A stretch of DNA of 41,359 nt from Minisyncoccia bacterium (GTDB lineage: Bacteria; Patescibacteriota; Minisyncoccia; Phycocordibacterales; UBA9973), in the NCBI GenBank assembly GCA_038247045.1, contig JBBRVK010000002.1:1-41359 (forward strand). Reading direction: 5' to 3'. This document shows positions 40,366-41,359 of this stretch, piece after piece. The notes under the pieces were generated by a model that ran no database searches, had not been told where the DNA came from, and saw only the letters and a list, made by a program, of their open reading frames with translations. The position numbers and the translations under genes are program-made. Within the stretch, counting starts at the first letter, position 1. Each line of letters begins with the position of its first letter.

Positions 40366-41359
40366 ATTGTTCTATATAAATTGGATTAATTTTATCAACT
40401 AAAACCGAAGCTGAATCTGAAATCATCATACCACTTCCTCCTTCACATGAAACGGTAAATTTAATTTCTTTTGTTAGAGATCCAGTTTTATAACTTGAAT
40501 TTATTCCACTGCCACAACTGCCACTTACTCCTTTAACATCAAGCGATGAACAAGAACACGAAACTGCATTTTTAGAAGTCCAACTTACATCAATTCTAGA
40601 ATTATAAGGAACTTTTTCAGAAGGAAGAATAACTTTATTATTTCTTTTTACTTGAATATCTACAGTTGGACATGGAAGATTGGAATAAGGTCTATAATCA
40701 AAAGTTCCATCTGCATCAAGTATACAGTATTTTCCACCAAACAATGGAGATGGATTTGTACACGTTCTAGTCTGAACACCAGATGTTCCACACTGAATTT
40801 GCGACCATGGAGACCACCCACCATCAACAGGATCTTCCGAATAAGGAACACATTTTTTATTTACATTATCCCATATAAAATTCCAATAAGTATTTCCCCA
40901 TTTACCTTTTAACTCTTTCGCTCCAGGAGTATCCATACAAGAATAGTTTATAAAATAATAAATAGGAAGGGAAGCTGCACCAATTGATATTTTATCACGA
41001 CATCTGACTTCATAGGAAGCAAAACCATAAGGACCCAAATTTGGAGTGGAAACTAAAAATGAATCTGTCGTCTGCCACGAAGGTATTTGATAATTGATCC
41101 CGACCCAAGGATCAAAACTATCGCCCTTCTTCATAAGGTAACACTCTGTCCCTGCTTGTGAGGTAGTAGAAGAAGTAAATTTTAAGGGAATATCTTCTGT
41201 CCCGGGGGCTGCATTAATGTTTTTAGGAGGTATCTGATTAATTGAAACAATAACTTGAATACATACATTCTTACTATTATCAAAAACAGAATTAGTCATA
41301 CAAGTTTTACAGTTTGGATAATCTGTGGCACCATTATCACATCGTGGTGGATAAGCACA
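40364..41359 (-). CDS. Secreted Cys-rich protein with one TSP1-like module and an Ig-like module (5' end probably beyond the window)
   Basis: DGGWSPWSQIQCGTSGVQTRTCTNPSPLFGGKYC...LPC. C-terminal VSWTSKNAVSCSCS...FTVSCEG. The frame stays open upstream of Met at 41299 (CAYPPRCDNGATDYPNCKTC) to the window edge. Confidence 0.75.
   Translation of the reverse strand, partial: CAYPPRCDNGATDYPNCKTCMTNSVFDNSKNVCIQVIVSINQIPPKNINAAPGTEDIPLKFTSSTTSQAGTECYLMKKGDSFDPWVGINYQIPSWQTTDSFLVSTPNLGPYGFASYEVRCRDKISIGAASLPIYYFINYSCMDTPGAKELKGKWGNTYWNFIWDNVNKKCVPYSEDPVDGGWSPWSQIQCGTSGVQTRTCTNPSPLFGGKYCILDADGTFDYRPYSNLPCPTVDIQVKRNNKVILPSEKVPYNSRIDVSWTSKNAVSCSCSSLDVKGVSGSCGSGINSSYKTGSLTKEIKFTVSCEGGSGMMISDSASVLVDKINPIYIEQ

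Noticed and set aside
1-41359. Alternative genetic code (for example UGA = Gly as in some CPR lineages)
   Set aside because: All conserved genes translate full-length with the standard code and their expected termini line up. No conserved gene is interrupted by an in-frame stop that recoding would have to explain.

Overview
This is a low-GC bacterial window. Its core is a minus-strand translation supercluster: tuf-rpsJ-rplC-rplD-rplW-rplB, then rpsS-rplV-rpsC-rplP-rpsQ-rplN-rplX-rplE, then rpsN-rpsH-rplF-rplR-rpsE-rplO-secY-adk-(UMP-kinase-like)-map. Also present are infC-rpmI-rplT, truB, ndk, a beta-CASP RNase, an HD hydrolase and a phosphohexomutase. There is no L30 gene between rpsE and rplO and no L29 gene between rplP and rpsQ. 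Together with the compact genes and the large Cys-rich secreted proteins, this fits a Patescibacteria/CPR-like organism (inference only). No rRNA gene, bona fide tRNA gene, CRISPR array, transposase or integrase was seen. The parts worth a second look are: (1) at the left end, a two-gene operon encoding a GIY-YIG/DUF2075 P-loop helicase-like protein fused to a complete LexA/UmuD-type S24 self-cleaving domain, coupled to a MazG-like pyrophosphohydrolase. It is transcribed divergently from a markedly GC-richer orphan 473-aa gene. This is my best candidate for an undescribed damage- or phage-triggered system. (2) The normally contiguous S10/spc ribosomal operon is interrupted twice: by dgkA plus a RelE/RelB-type toxin-antitoxin pair between rplB and rpsS, and by a ~2.85-kb cassette-like island between rplE and rpsN. 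Each break has its own terminator and a restart promoter with the same extended -10 (TGCTAGTAT). (3) A family of palindromic or composite ~82-nt repeats is associated with a local duplication and a gene fragment. (4) The right end is a secreted-protein locus with thrombospondin-type-1-like (WSxWS...QTRxCTNPxP..GG..C) modules, internal near-identical DNA duplications and shared long palindromic terminators. All functional calls rest on motif recognition by eye and on synteny. No database search was possible.
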